NCBI GenBank assembly: GCA_038127595.1
Contig: JAYPIC010000012.1
Location: forward strand, 1-41,026
Direction: 5' to 3'
Length of the DNA: 41,026 bases
Source of the DNA: a bacterium
GTDB taxonomy: Bacteria; Fidelibacterota; Marinisomatia; Marinisomatales; UBA1611
The translations under genes and the position numbers were made by a program. The notes under the pieces were generated by a model. That model was not told the DNA's origin, did no database searches, and saw nothing but the letters and a program-made list of their open reading frames with translations. Shown one piece after another: positions 30,301 through 39,100 of this stretch (position 1 is its first letter; the number at the start of each line of letters is the position of its first letter).

Positions 30301-30346
30301 TTATTAAAGAAAGGGAAAATAAAATAATTGCTATCCAAATTTTCAT
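27329..30346 (-). CDS. Secreted repeat (beta-propeller-like) protein with T9SS-type CTD
   Basis: Signal peptide; more than 10 copies of W-x-D-x-R...D-I-[YF]-x-Q repeats; CTD YPNPFN, VYDISG, WDG, SSGVY. Confidence 0.85.
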   Translation of the reverse strand: MKIWIAIILFSLSLIKADAFTFDQASPIRQGVHVEWYRTVAPSLDGSAIFVWSDTRYGVRNVFAHKIDKNGNFTWGDNGAVITNLPGRQEDPVAIEDGNGGAFIAWVDYRFDDSGDIFIQHVNESGAIQMDPNGVALAQQQGTQISINMCTDSLGGVYVTWQDKRGGVDDDIYGTHVDANYNIVSPGSGVPIVVQGGTQSAKSIEYAGNNEAFICWSDSRQGENIDIYGQRLDVSMSPLFQENGIPIANSLDPETRPRTTFVNNTTSLVTWKYGDESARILYQFVNNSGLVFAEAKPVSNFNAIQTSPRVKRSSDGSVFISWKDLRFDPVDGDIFMQKVNPAGAAQWGDGIQVDLTEGVNFSGRFAANSIGGVDIFWEKGVFPDVDILFQSLDQNGTPQSNSPIVVSDEDGYQFAPNIMKGASDSVFVVYADQGSGSIDLKVSYFKGVSSLVEGGSLLAVKGLDGDIKYNVGFKNSDESIILMWEDNRESKKLYGNVLSEGELSHFNGNQISFSDNSSTEIDLSSPTMVYASEYIYTATFDATATPKKIRINKLNTELENVWDQTGVALTPENDQRNVFLVDLGGVGVGCFWSESRSFLSGFDIFFQSLNPDGDPQLSSGGITVAESNGDDYIQAVIPAPDGISFLIFWVEEVWPASRLKYNRVELNGQVSTGWPPNGFNLSNQSIGADNLSVKKISDTDGVLAVWNQEGNFSDIYAQKIGWDGEAQWESNGTPISIEENDQSAISFDIDENGSSAFIVWEDYRNGSDYDIIGREIDLSSGPTGSEIYFSSDTTNQQKPLVKSVAAGEYIIIWEDGRGYYNSDPLLINGVDLYGSAYVAGFGKTTGVDGIPISVEYHDQKKPAITKYNGEDHLLHWIDLRSSGKEDLANYYAKIIRRSDVLSSRNEKANVTIPSSFNIQSVYPNPFNGQVKFDFTINSPQLVQFNVYDISGRTIVDEIIMSGSKGYHQVSWDGKNVYGKMVSSGVYYYTFTLENKVVNGKITYLK

Positions 30347-30370
30347 CAGAAAAAGTCTCCAGTGTAATTG

Positions 30371-31444
30371 TTAATATTTAATTTTTGTGACCTGCAAACC
30401 AGATCTTGTACATATTAAGATATGGTCGCCCCAAAAATATGTTTTATATACGTATCCTACATCAAAGATCCCTTTTGATATAGGACTTAAAGGATCCGAA
30501 ACATCATAAAGTGCTAATCCACGGGAACCCAAACTAAGCACCGCTACATTACTCTTTACTGATACATGATCTACAGTTAAATCTTCAGCAAAACTAACCG
30601 CTACACCTTCACCAGTCCTAATGGATTCTAAGCTAATAAAATAAGCCCCAAAATCATCACATGCTATGTAAGCACCATCATCAGTAATAGATACCTGCTC
30701 AGCATTACCATCTAAATCAAATTTAGATAAAAAAGAAGGCTCACCACCTGAATTTTCATCTGATAAATCATAAACCAAATTATAGAACTCAACACCTAAT
30801 TGATCCACGGCCATTGCAACAATATCATTATCATTACGTAGAGGAAAAGATCTTGTTGCATCAATACCTAATGGTTTTCCATCCGTTAGAAGTTCACCAC
30901 CAATGGTTGGCATCCAGTTAATTATTTCTAGATTAAATACAACTGTAGTATCCGACCTGTATGTCCCCCACTTTAAACCATCATCATTATCAGCTACATA
31001 CATAGTAAAAGTATTATTAGAGCTTGGAAATGAAATATAGTCTTTAGTCCTATCGCTCATGATTTCATTTCGATAGATAAACTCGCTACTGTCACCAAAA
31101 TAAAATATTTTAACTTTTTTATTTGATTCTGTGACAAAAATAAGGTCATTCACACTATCTCTTTGGACAATGGATATATCATCGAATTCAATGTAGGACC
31201 CATCTTGAGAGTAGCCTAGGTATTCATGCAATTTATTCCCTGAATTCAAGTCCCAAACTTGCACACCAGCTTGGCCAGCAGCCACAAAAGCTTTATTGCC
31301 ACTTACTGAAACATTTCTACAAAAACCTTGAGTGTCAAATAGCTCTTTTTGATCAATTGACCAAAGTCCCTCATCAACAGGCTCCATGCATGAGAAAAAC
31401 AACATGAAAATCGGAAAAAAATGCAATTTCTTAATATTTATCAT
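30371..31444 (-). CDS. Lipoprotein with LVIVD-like beta-propeller repeats
   Basis: Lipobox FFSC; repeats AFVAAGQAGVQVWDL, YVADNDDGL, LSLGSRGLALYDVSDP, RSGLQV. Confidence 0.8.
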   Translation of the reverse strand: MINIKKLHFFPIFMLFFSCMEPVDEGLWSIDQKELFDTQGFCRNVSVSGNKAFVAAGQAGVQVWDLNSGNKLHEYLGYSQDGSYIEFDDISIVQRDSVNDLIFVTESNKKVKIFYFGDSSEFIYRNEIMSDRTKDYISFPSSNNTFTMYVADNDDGLKWGTYRSDTTVVFNLEIINWMPTIGGELLTDGKPLGIDATRSFPLRNDNDIVAMAVDQLGVEFYNLVYDLSDENSGGEPSFLSKFDLDGNAEQVSITDDGAYIACDDFGAYFISLESIRTGEGVAVSFAEDLTVDHVSVKSNVAVLSLGSRGLALYDVSDPLSPISKGIFDVGYVYKTYFWGDHILICTRSGLQVTKIKY

Positions 31445-32459
31445 AGGAAAAACCCCACTTAATTTTACACCACAGCTGAGTCTGATTAAAACTTTTTAGA
31501 TCCCGTACCCACTCATAAGCAGAATCAGTATTTCTTGAACGAAAACGAGCACTGACTATGACACTTAGATCGTCCCACAGCTCTTTATCAACCCAAAAAG
31601 ATAATTTACTATCGGTATGATCCCTTCCAGAATGAAGTATATCATTGGCTGCTTCTGCTTTGTAATATCTCAACTCTTGCCTGAAGGAGAAACCAACGTG
31701 ATCAAATAATGAAATAAAACTTTTAAGTTTGACAGGTACATACCATTCTATTGTCTCATAGGATCTATCAAAGTCGCTTGATACTGCAGTCTTTTGGAAA
31801 GAAATATTTTTTGCAGTACCTCTACCCATTTGAAATGCAATTGTACCTACTTTTTTTATCTTTTTATTGATCTTTAGTCTTAAATAAAAAATATCTAGGT
31901 CGAATTCAGAAAATGGATTATCATAATAACGCTGTAAAAATCCAGCTCCAATTGAGTACCAATGCCTACGATCTAACCTATTTGTAAAGTTTAAAAATTG
32001 ATCATTGTCCGAAAAATTACATGGCTTCAGTTCATTTAGAGATACATCTCTATCAATGTAATGACGCAAGTAATAACTATTAAGATGTCTTAATGAATAT
32101 TTAATATTTCTATAAGCACCCCACTTATATTTTAGAGTGAAGCTACCAGACCAATAATCTTTATTAACGTTATGAATGTAATCAGAAACACTAACCATAG
32201 AACTGAATGCAATTTCTTTGTTTCCTGATATAAGTAGTGTTTTGCTTGTATTGATTTGAAATTTATTTATATAGCTATCAAGTTTCTTAGCCCCTCCCAT
32301 GTAATTGACATCAGAAGCTGCACTTTCAATTTCTTGCGATGAAAACCTCATAACATTATCATCATATCCCCCATGATAACTCAAACTAAAATTCAAAGGA
32401 GTAGAGGCATCAACCACACAGAAAAGGACTAAACTATATAAAATAAAAAGAAAGCGCAT
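31431..32459 (-). CDS. Predicted outer-membrane beta-barrel protein
   Basis: Signal peptide, first strand SLSYHGGYDDNV, alternating hydrophobic/aromatic strands, terminal LWCKIKWGFSYDKY. Confidence 0.75.
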   Translation of the reverse strand: MRFLFILYSLVLFCVVDASTPLNFSLSYHGGYDDNVMRFSSQEIESAASDVNYMGGAKKLDSYINKFQINTSKTLLISGNKEIAFSSMVSVSDYIHNVNKDYWSGSFTLKYKWGAYRNIKYSLRHLNSYYLRHYIDRDVSLNELKPCNFSDNDQFLNFTNRLDRRHWYSIGAGFLQRYYDNPFSEFDLDIFYLRLKINKKIKKVGTIAFQMGRGTAKNISFQKTAVSSDFDRSYETIEWYVPVKLKSFISLFDHVGFSFRQELRYYKAEAANDILHSGRDHTDSKLSFWVDKELWDDLSVIVSARFRSRNTDSAYEWVRDLKSFNQTQLWCKIKWGFSYDKY

Positions 32460-33337
32460 CAGTATAACATAAAACGAGTAAGGATAGCTTTTCCCTCATC
32501 AAAAACTTCAATAGAATAACTATTTTCTCCTTTGGGAACTTTTAACTCACAACTTCGCCATTTGCCAGGCACAATATCAGGTTTAGATCGAACCTTGGAA
32601 CTGCTTGATCGCTCTGTGTTAAAAAAATATGTACCAACAACTTTTTGTCCACTTTTTACATGAATTCTGTAAGATTCTTGGCTTCCCATCTCCTCTGAAA
32701 ACATAAGCCTACTTATAATCCGTAATGTTTTTGGACCAGTTGCTTTTACTTGAAGTGGGATATTCTTGCTGCACTCAAAATATTGTAATTGTTTGTTACC
32801 AAGTTCAATATCTACACTGCTTTTATGGACCATTGGGGTTATTGTTTTCTGATTTTTTTTCGGTGTCTCAAACTCCTTAGATAGTAATCTTAATAAGACT
32901 GGGTATTTTAGATTATCTCCTTTTAAAACCTCAATAGTATGGCTTCCTTTTGGTAAATTAATAAAATAGTTGCCAGAATATGTGTATCTATGCTTTGGAT
33001 GCTGCACAGAGCGAATTGATCCTTGAACTTTATAACGGTGATTTACTTCGATAGTATCAGTACCATTTAAAACAATAACATAATTAAAACTGTGACTATT
33101 TTTTTTCTTCCTTAGTACTGGATATCTTGAAATAAACTCAGTCCGTGCCGGGCCATTTACTTGGTAAGTAATGCCCTCTTGCTTTATTGGGTAATAAACT
33201 CTTCTTTTTGAATTAATGACTAAAATTTCTTTTTGATCTTTGTTCTTTGATGGTCTCAATAATTTTGCAAAGAGAAGTGCATCATTAGCGAATAAAGATA
33301 TAACTAGAATCGTTTTATAATAGACTATCCGGCTCAT
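32459..33337 (-). CDS. Exported, strongly basic protein with two tandem beta-rich repeats
   Basis: Signal-like N-terminus; duplicated motifs GPARTEFISR/GPKTLRIISR and LPKGSHTIEV/VPKGENSYSIEV; overlaps both neighbours. Confidence 0.75.
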   Translation of the reverse strand: MSRIVYYKTILVISLFANDALLFAKLLRPSKNKDQKEILVINSKRRVYYPIKQEGITYQVNGPARTEFISRYPVLRKKKNSHSFNYVIVLNGTDTIEVNHRYKVQGSIRSVQHPKHRYTYSGNYFINLPKGSHTIEVLKGDNLKYPVLLRLLSKEFETPKKNQKTITPMVHKSSVDIELGNKQLQYFECSKNIPLQVKATGPKTLRIISRLMFSEEMGSQESYRIHVKSGQKVVGTYFFNTERSSSSKVRSKPDIVPGKWRSCELKVPKGENSYSIEVFDEGKAILTRFMLY

Positions 33338-34484
33338 GATTGACTAGATGCTCCTTAATTTCTTTTTTACTTTGGTAACCAACAATGAAAACTGAACCAC
33401 ATATTACGCTTAAACAAATAAAAGCAATAAGTAGGTTATAACGCTCAATTGCGTACAAAGAGCCTACCCCTATTTCAGGAAGTGGAATAGGCGCAAATGG
33501 CATTCCTAATTGTTCTGTAAGTGATTTGATATTTAGAATATGTAATACTGGAATATTATTTTTCGAAAACTTGGACAAAACGCCTTCAATTCCTCCATCC
33601 TGCAAGGAAATTTTTTGTATATCAGATCTTCGAATGATACCTGCAGGCAAAAGTTTTGAATTAAAACTGGTTCCTAGACTAGCTACACCACCACCAACGT
33701 TTATCATCGCTTTATAGTTCTTTATATCTGCAATATCTTCAAATGTTTTCATACGCAGAGCTATGTTTTCTGCTAATTTTGCTTTTTTTATCAGAGATAT
33801 ACCATGCTTTTCAATATTTTCAGTAATGATTGCTCGACCAGCTGGGCTTAATAATCTACCCATATCATTACGACCACCTATTGAAGCAGAAATACTTCTA
33901 CTGGGTATTAATTGATTAGCGTATAGAATTTTTTCCATATCTAGCCAAGTAAAATCCACCTGATTAGCACCCCATTGCGATGCGCCTACTGATGTAATAG
34001 TAACAGGATATACTTCCATAGCTTTCAATGCAGACAGTACAGCCATATTTGCTCCTGGCATCGATCCGGTAACAAGCACCGCAACAGTATCATTTTTTTG
34101 CAGACCTAATTGATCCATAAGCTCTACCATTCCTGCAGCAAAATTTGGATCTAGAGTGGTTAGTTTTGCATCTAGATCACCCTCATCAGTTGTGATCAAG
34201 CTAAAGGGACTACCAACTAATCCTGTTTCATTTGGATCATTCTCATCATCAACAAAGATTCCAGATACCATTCTTGTTGATTTCAATAGCTCCATCGACT
34301 GTTTCATGTAATTTGCTGCTTTGACCTTTGTGGTATAAGATTTTGAAACTTCAACCGTCGTACTATTTATTGATATTAAAAACCCAAGCAGCGCAAGCGC
34401 TGATAACATGACCAAGGTTGATGTTTTTTGAATCGCAGGAATGAATGGTTTCTGTTTGTAATTATTCAAAAATTGCGCCCCCAA
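33315..34484 (-). CDS. pgsW: Poly-gamma-glutamate system protein PgsW
   Basis: N- and C-terminal TM anchors; DPNETGLVG, ITT..G.L.AK.T..PNFAA, GSMPGAN, GASQWGAN, SIGG.ND.G, INVGGG; directly after pgsC. True start may be TTG at 34469. Confidence 0.88.
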   Translation of the reverse strand: MGAQFLNNYKQKPFIPAIQKTSTLVMLSALALLGFLISINSTTVEVSKSYTTKVKAANYMKQSMELLKSTRMVSGIFVDDENDPNETGLVGSPFSLITTDEGDLDAKLTTLDPNFAAGMVELMDQLGLQKNDTVAVLVTGSMPGANMAVLSALKAMEVYPVTITSVGASQWGANQVDFTWLDMEKILYANQLIPSRSISASIGGRNDMGRLLSPAGRAIITENIEKHGISLIKKAKLAENIALRMKTFEDIADIKNYKAMINVGGGVASLGTSFNSKLLPAGIIRRSDIQKISLQDGGIEGVLSKFSKNNIPVLHILNIKSLTEQLGMPFAPIPLPEIGVGSLYAIERYNLLIAFICLSVICGSVFIVGYQSKKEIKEHLVNHEPDSLL

Positions 34485-34905
34485 AAATAATCATAACCAT
34501 CAACTTTACAATTACAGCGGTCAGAAGAACTACGGATAAAGTGCGAATGACTCCCTGCCTATCCATCCAATTTGCGATCAGACCTGGAATTATATTACCA
34601 ATTACAGCCACGCTATTTATATTCTCTGTATCTATATAAATAATTCTTGATAAATACCCAAAAAAGAACCCTAAAATCAAAGCTAAAACAATTCTTCTTT
34701 TTCCGTAGAGAAACATAACTCTGCTAAGCAATTTAATTATTATCAAAACAATGACAGCAACTGTGAAAGTAGATACAACTTGAATGGGCTGATGTAAAAA
34801 AAGAGCAATGTATCCAGGAACAATAATACCACCAGCCGTCACGCCTAAAGCTTCGGATAAAACCAAACTAAGTATTATACCTAGACCTATGCTTATTTCA
34901 ACCAT
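34462..34905 (-). CDS. pgsC: Poly-gamma-glutamate biosynthesis protein PgsC/CapC
   Basis: 147 aa, hydrophobic; G.TAGGIIVPGYIAL, LYGKRR, IG.IIPGLIANW..RQG. Confidence 0.95.
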   Translation of the reverse strand: MVEISIGLGIILSLVLSEALGVTAGGIIVPGYIALFLHQPIQVVSTFTVAVIVLIIIKLLSRVMFLYGKRRIVLALILGFFFGYLSRIIYIDTENINSVAVIGNIIPGLIANWMDRQGVIRTLSVVLLTAVIVKLMVMIIFGGAIFE

Positions 34906-36079
34906 TGCTTTTCTTTTCAGAAAGAATTTGTAATATATCTTGGCCTACTCCAACTTGATTGCCAATAGCATAAATAAGAGTGTCGTTAGGAAGAGCTAAT
35001 ATGCTTTCGCTCACATCGTTCGGTGCATCGTCAATTGAGAAAACTTTAACTATCGTTTCTGGAGAGTGATTTTTTAACCTATTAATTCTTGATTCAACCT
35101 TATCTCCTCTAATAATCAAATATTCTGGTTTAATTTCTTCAAATGTCAATTCAAGCATTTGCTTTGTACGCAAAGTCCTATCATCTCTGGAGTTAAAAAA
35201 AACGGCAGTGCCACTATTTGTTGGATAACGATCAATCACAAACTTCCAAATTTGAAGCGTGGATACAGGATCATTAGCAGCCATTCCATTCACAAACTGC
35301 AGCGTACCATTTGCTCCATCTAGTTTCCAAACAATTAGCGCACCTAAATCAGGTTGAACATCATGCATGCCTTTAATGGCTATATCTCTTTTTACACCTA
35401 GCTGTTCACACACATCCAGGGCAATAGCAATATTTTGTGGATGCTCAATGTAGCTAAAGTTATTTATATAATGCTCTGGAAGTGAGTATTCATTTGAGGA
35501 AATAAACTTTGAGTCATTGTTTAATGTTACTTTTTTAATAATATTTTTATGTTTGTTTTCTGCAGTAACCAAAGTACCATTCACTGGGATAGAGTTACAT
35601 AAAGATTTTACGACATCGACCTCGGTAGGGCCCATTTCATCTAGATGGTCAGGCCTTGCATTTGTAATTACACCTATATCAGCCTTAACCATTTGATGTT
35701 CTGATATCCATTGATATTGAGGTTGAACAGCCATGCACTCCATCACAACAACATCTGGTTTTTCGTCGGAGAAATATTTTAATAATCTTACTTGCTCACC
35801 AATTGATGGTTTACGTAGTCTGTGAATTATTCTGTCAATACCTTCAGAATCTATCACTCTAGGTGCAGTACCAGTCGTTTTTGCAAATGTACGTTTACCT
35901 CCAGCGCGCAATCCAGCAGCAATTAAACGTGTGACACTAGATTTTCCCCTGGTGCCGTTTACATGTACCCTTATAGGAATTCCGGATAAACTTACCTGGT
36001 GAAATTTAAATTCAAAAAGACCGATAATAATTAAAACTGTAGCAAGGGCCCCGAGAATTATTAAGGGCGAGATTAGCAT
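34898..36079 (-). CDS. pgsB: Poly-gamma-glutamate synthase PgsB/CapB (Mur-ligase fold)
   Basis: N-terminal TM; IPIRVHVNGTRGKSSVTRLI, KTTG, IGEQ, ECMAV.P, ITNARPDHLDEMG, FVNGMAAND. Confidence 0.96.
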   Translation of the reverse strand: MLISPLIILGALATVLIIIGLFEFKFHQVSLSGIPIRVHVNGTRGKSSVTRLIAAGLRAGGKRTFAKTTGTAPRVIDSEGIDRIIHRLRKPSIGEQVRLLKYFSDEKPDVVVMECMAVQPQYQWISEHQMVKADIGVITNARPDHLDEMGPTEVDVVKSLCNSIPVNGTLVTAENKHKNIIKKVTLNNDSKFISSNEYSLPEHYINNFSYIEHPQNIAIALDVCEQLGVKRDIAIKGMHDVQPDLGALIVWKLDGANGTLQFVNGMAANDPVSTLQIWKFVIDRYPTNSGTAVFFNSRDDRTLRTKQMLELTFEEIKPEYLIIRGDKVESRINRLKNHSPETIVKVFSIDDAPNDVSESILALPNDTLIYAIGNQVGVGQDILQILSEKKSNG

Positions 36080-36100
36080 TACCGGTCGACTCTAACTATT

Positions 36101-39100
36101 CTACTGATCGTAGCCCATAACAATTTGGATAAGCCTTACCATATCCAATATATTGACCATACCATCAGAATTTATATCTGCGAGATAAGGATTAAAGTTT
36201 GTCTGATCTGCAACAATGTGATCAATCAGAATGAGTAAATCATTAACATCAATCATACCATCTGTATTCAAATCTCCATCTAAACGCATTTCACTGCCTC
36301 TAGTAGTAATTAAAATTGCAGTGCCGTCTGACAAAGGCATAGCAGCATCAGCATAGGAATTATTAAAAGTGTATTCCAAACCTCTAGTCATTGTGTGATC
36401 TTCAATGCCTACGGTACAATAATTTCCATGAATCTGACTCCAGCTGTAGCTTCCTGTCGTATTATTGTTAAAATCAAGGTATTGAATCAAAATCTCACCA
36501 TCTCCAGTTGGTGTTGTATAGTACATGGGGTCTCTTAAAATGACCTGAAAAGTTTCAGAGGTATTATTCTGAAATGTGCGAACTCTTGACCATTGAACAA
36601 TAAAAAGCTTATTAATCTCATCATACCAGGTGTACACTCTTCCTGAATTTGTTGTTTTGAGATCATCCCAAAATACAGCGACCATTTTTCCTGGTCCCCC
36701 AGCACCTGGTAGAGGATAATTTCTGAATGAACTAAGTGTGGTCTCTCCAAACGCTATCCAACCATTAGAACAGATACTTAACCTTTCATAGTCTTGACCA
36801 TAAAATCTAAAGTTAAAAGGTAGGTTTACTGTCTCTACATCATCACCATTATCACCATTATCGCTTAAAGAACTTAAATGAGACCCATTACCATCATATC
36901 TGCTATCAATTTCTATCCATTCATATGACGGTGCTATTAGATAATCAATATCACCACTATCGTAGATGTAATATCCATAGTCGTCAGGACCCATCGGGTC
37001 TGTTTCTGTAGGAATTCCAATTTGCAGAGGTATAACAGATGTATTTGAATACCCATCCTCTGAACTTAAAGAAACAATTATATTTGCTATTGTGCCAGGA
37101 ATAATATCTTCCTTTGCTTCAATGACAAAAGAATCACCACTGTTTGAACTTGAACCAAAACTATTTGGGTAAATAGATGACCATGATGCGGTATTATCAA
37201 TTATTTCTATTGCTTGAGAAGCAGAGGTAATTACGCCAGTAATATTTTGTGCTGTAGTAGAGCCTATATTATGTAGTTCAATGTGAACGTTAGAGGTTTG
37301 TCCGCTAGATAACACGTCTTGACTACTACCTGTAACATTAATACTATAAGCGTATAAATTCTTACCTGCTACTTCAAGTTCAAGGTACCCTGTAGAGACA
37401 TAGCCACTATCGTTGGATAAGGTAAGCATAAGCTTAATGATAGATTCATCTGTTACGCTATTACTTACGTTAAAAGTATATGGATTAGATTCATTACTGA
37501 CCATACCAATTAGACCTATATCTCCGTAATAAAACGAATCATTTATAATTGTCACGTTGGCATTCTCGGAGGTCAATGTACCTGTAATTTGTGTTGCGTT
37601 TGCATTTCCATAGTTAGATACTGGTATAATGAGATCAACGACCTCACCAGAATTAATTTGGCCATCTCCATTACCCTCTGAAGAACCTAAGCCATTTTCA
37701 GTGAAAGATATTTCTTCGGAAAAGACATTAACGCTAGCGCCAGGATTGTAGATTTGGAAAGAACTCTGATAGGGATAGTGATTTTTCTTGGTAACGGTAA
37801 CAAGCACTTCACCCTCTTCAATAGTAGGGATAATTAATCTTACTTGTCCATTAGAATCACTATATCCAGATTCAAGTATTGACCCTTCCTTGTAAATGGT
37901 AATCCATGCATCTGCGATTGGATTTCCACCGCTATTTGTTAAAGTAAAATCAATAAAATTTGTTCCTTTTGTGATAGAATAAGGATGAGCAACATTTAGC
38001 ATCTCAGGGTAGTCTGTCCACATTTGTAAAGATGCATCTCCCATTAAACTATTCCAATGCGTAAACGTAGATACCCATTGATTAGGATTAGTGGGGTAAG
38101 CTCTGGACAACCATAGCTTACCTGCCATTAAAGCACCTCCAACAGAGTTAATATTCTGCACCAATGCTCCATGATAGAAGCCCATGTCTACCATATTATT
38201 AAACATAGTATGAGTTCCTAATGTAGCAGTACCTATAGAAGCGACAGCAGCCTTGGGATTTGAGGCTGTACCCGCCCTTAAAAAAGCTTCAGATATAGAT
38301 TCTTCAGTACCAAATGAACCAGTTCCGCAAGTAATTACAGTTGCAATTGGGAGCATAAATCCGTTATTGGCATCTCCAACATCCGCACTGGTATAACCAC
38401 TGACGCCATAAAAACCTCTGTAATTAAAAAACGCTAAACCATCACTCAAGTTACTTGTCATTTGACTTGGAAAATCCCCACCATATACAGTGCGAATGTC
38501 TTCATAGCCATGGTTTTGAAGAACTTCTTTGATGTTGTCATTTGTGATAACGCATGACACACCAGAGGTTGAAGGGTCCCCAATAAGCGCAGCTCTTTTA
38601 AACCAATTCTCTCCCATGTAGGGGTTCGATTCATAATTAACAGTCTTACTTATGATTGTTTGCAGGTGACTCTGACTGTCAAAAGATAACCTGCCAACAA
38701 ATAATTCTGGAAAAAGATCATTCCCAACTAAAGTAGCATATGGGTGATCGCCCTCACCATTGTAACCGCTCCAATTTTCAAAATGCGTAGGGATATCATA
38801 ACTACCCTCCGCATCGCCAATTATTGTTACATACTCAGGAGGACTATCCCATGCCTCGTAGGCTGTTTCAATGTAATTTTTTAAATTATTCGCATTATTA
38901 ACTATTGCAGAGCTGGATACATAGTTAACCTCGTATCCCATTCTTCTTTTCCAATCCATCAAAACCTCAACAGTACCCAACAAATTTCCAATGTTATTAG
39001 GAAGGACGTATAAAATAGATGGTCTTTGGTATGGAATATTTTCACGATTAAGTGAGCTATAATTTTCTACAAGGGATTCGTATAGCGGCTCAAAAGCCCT

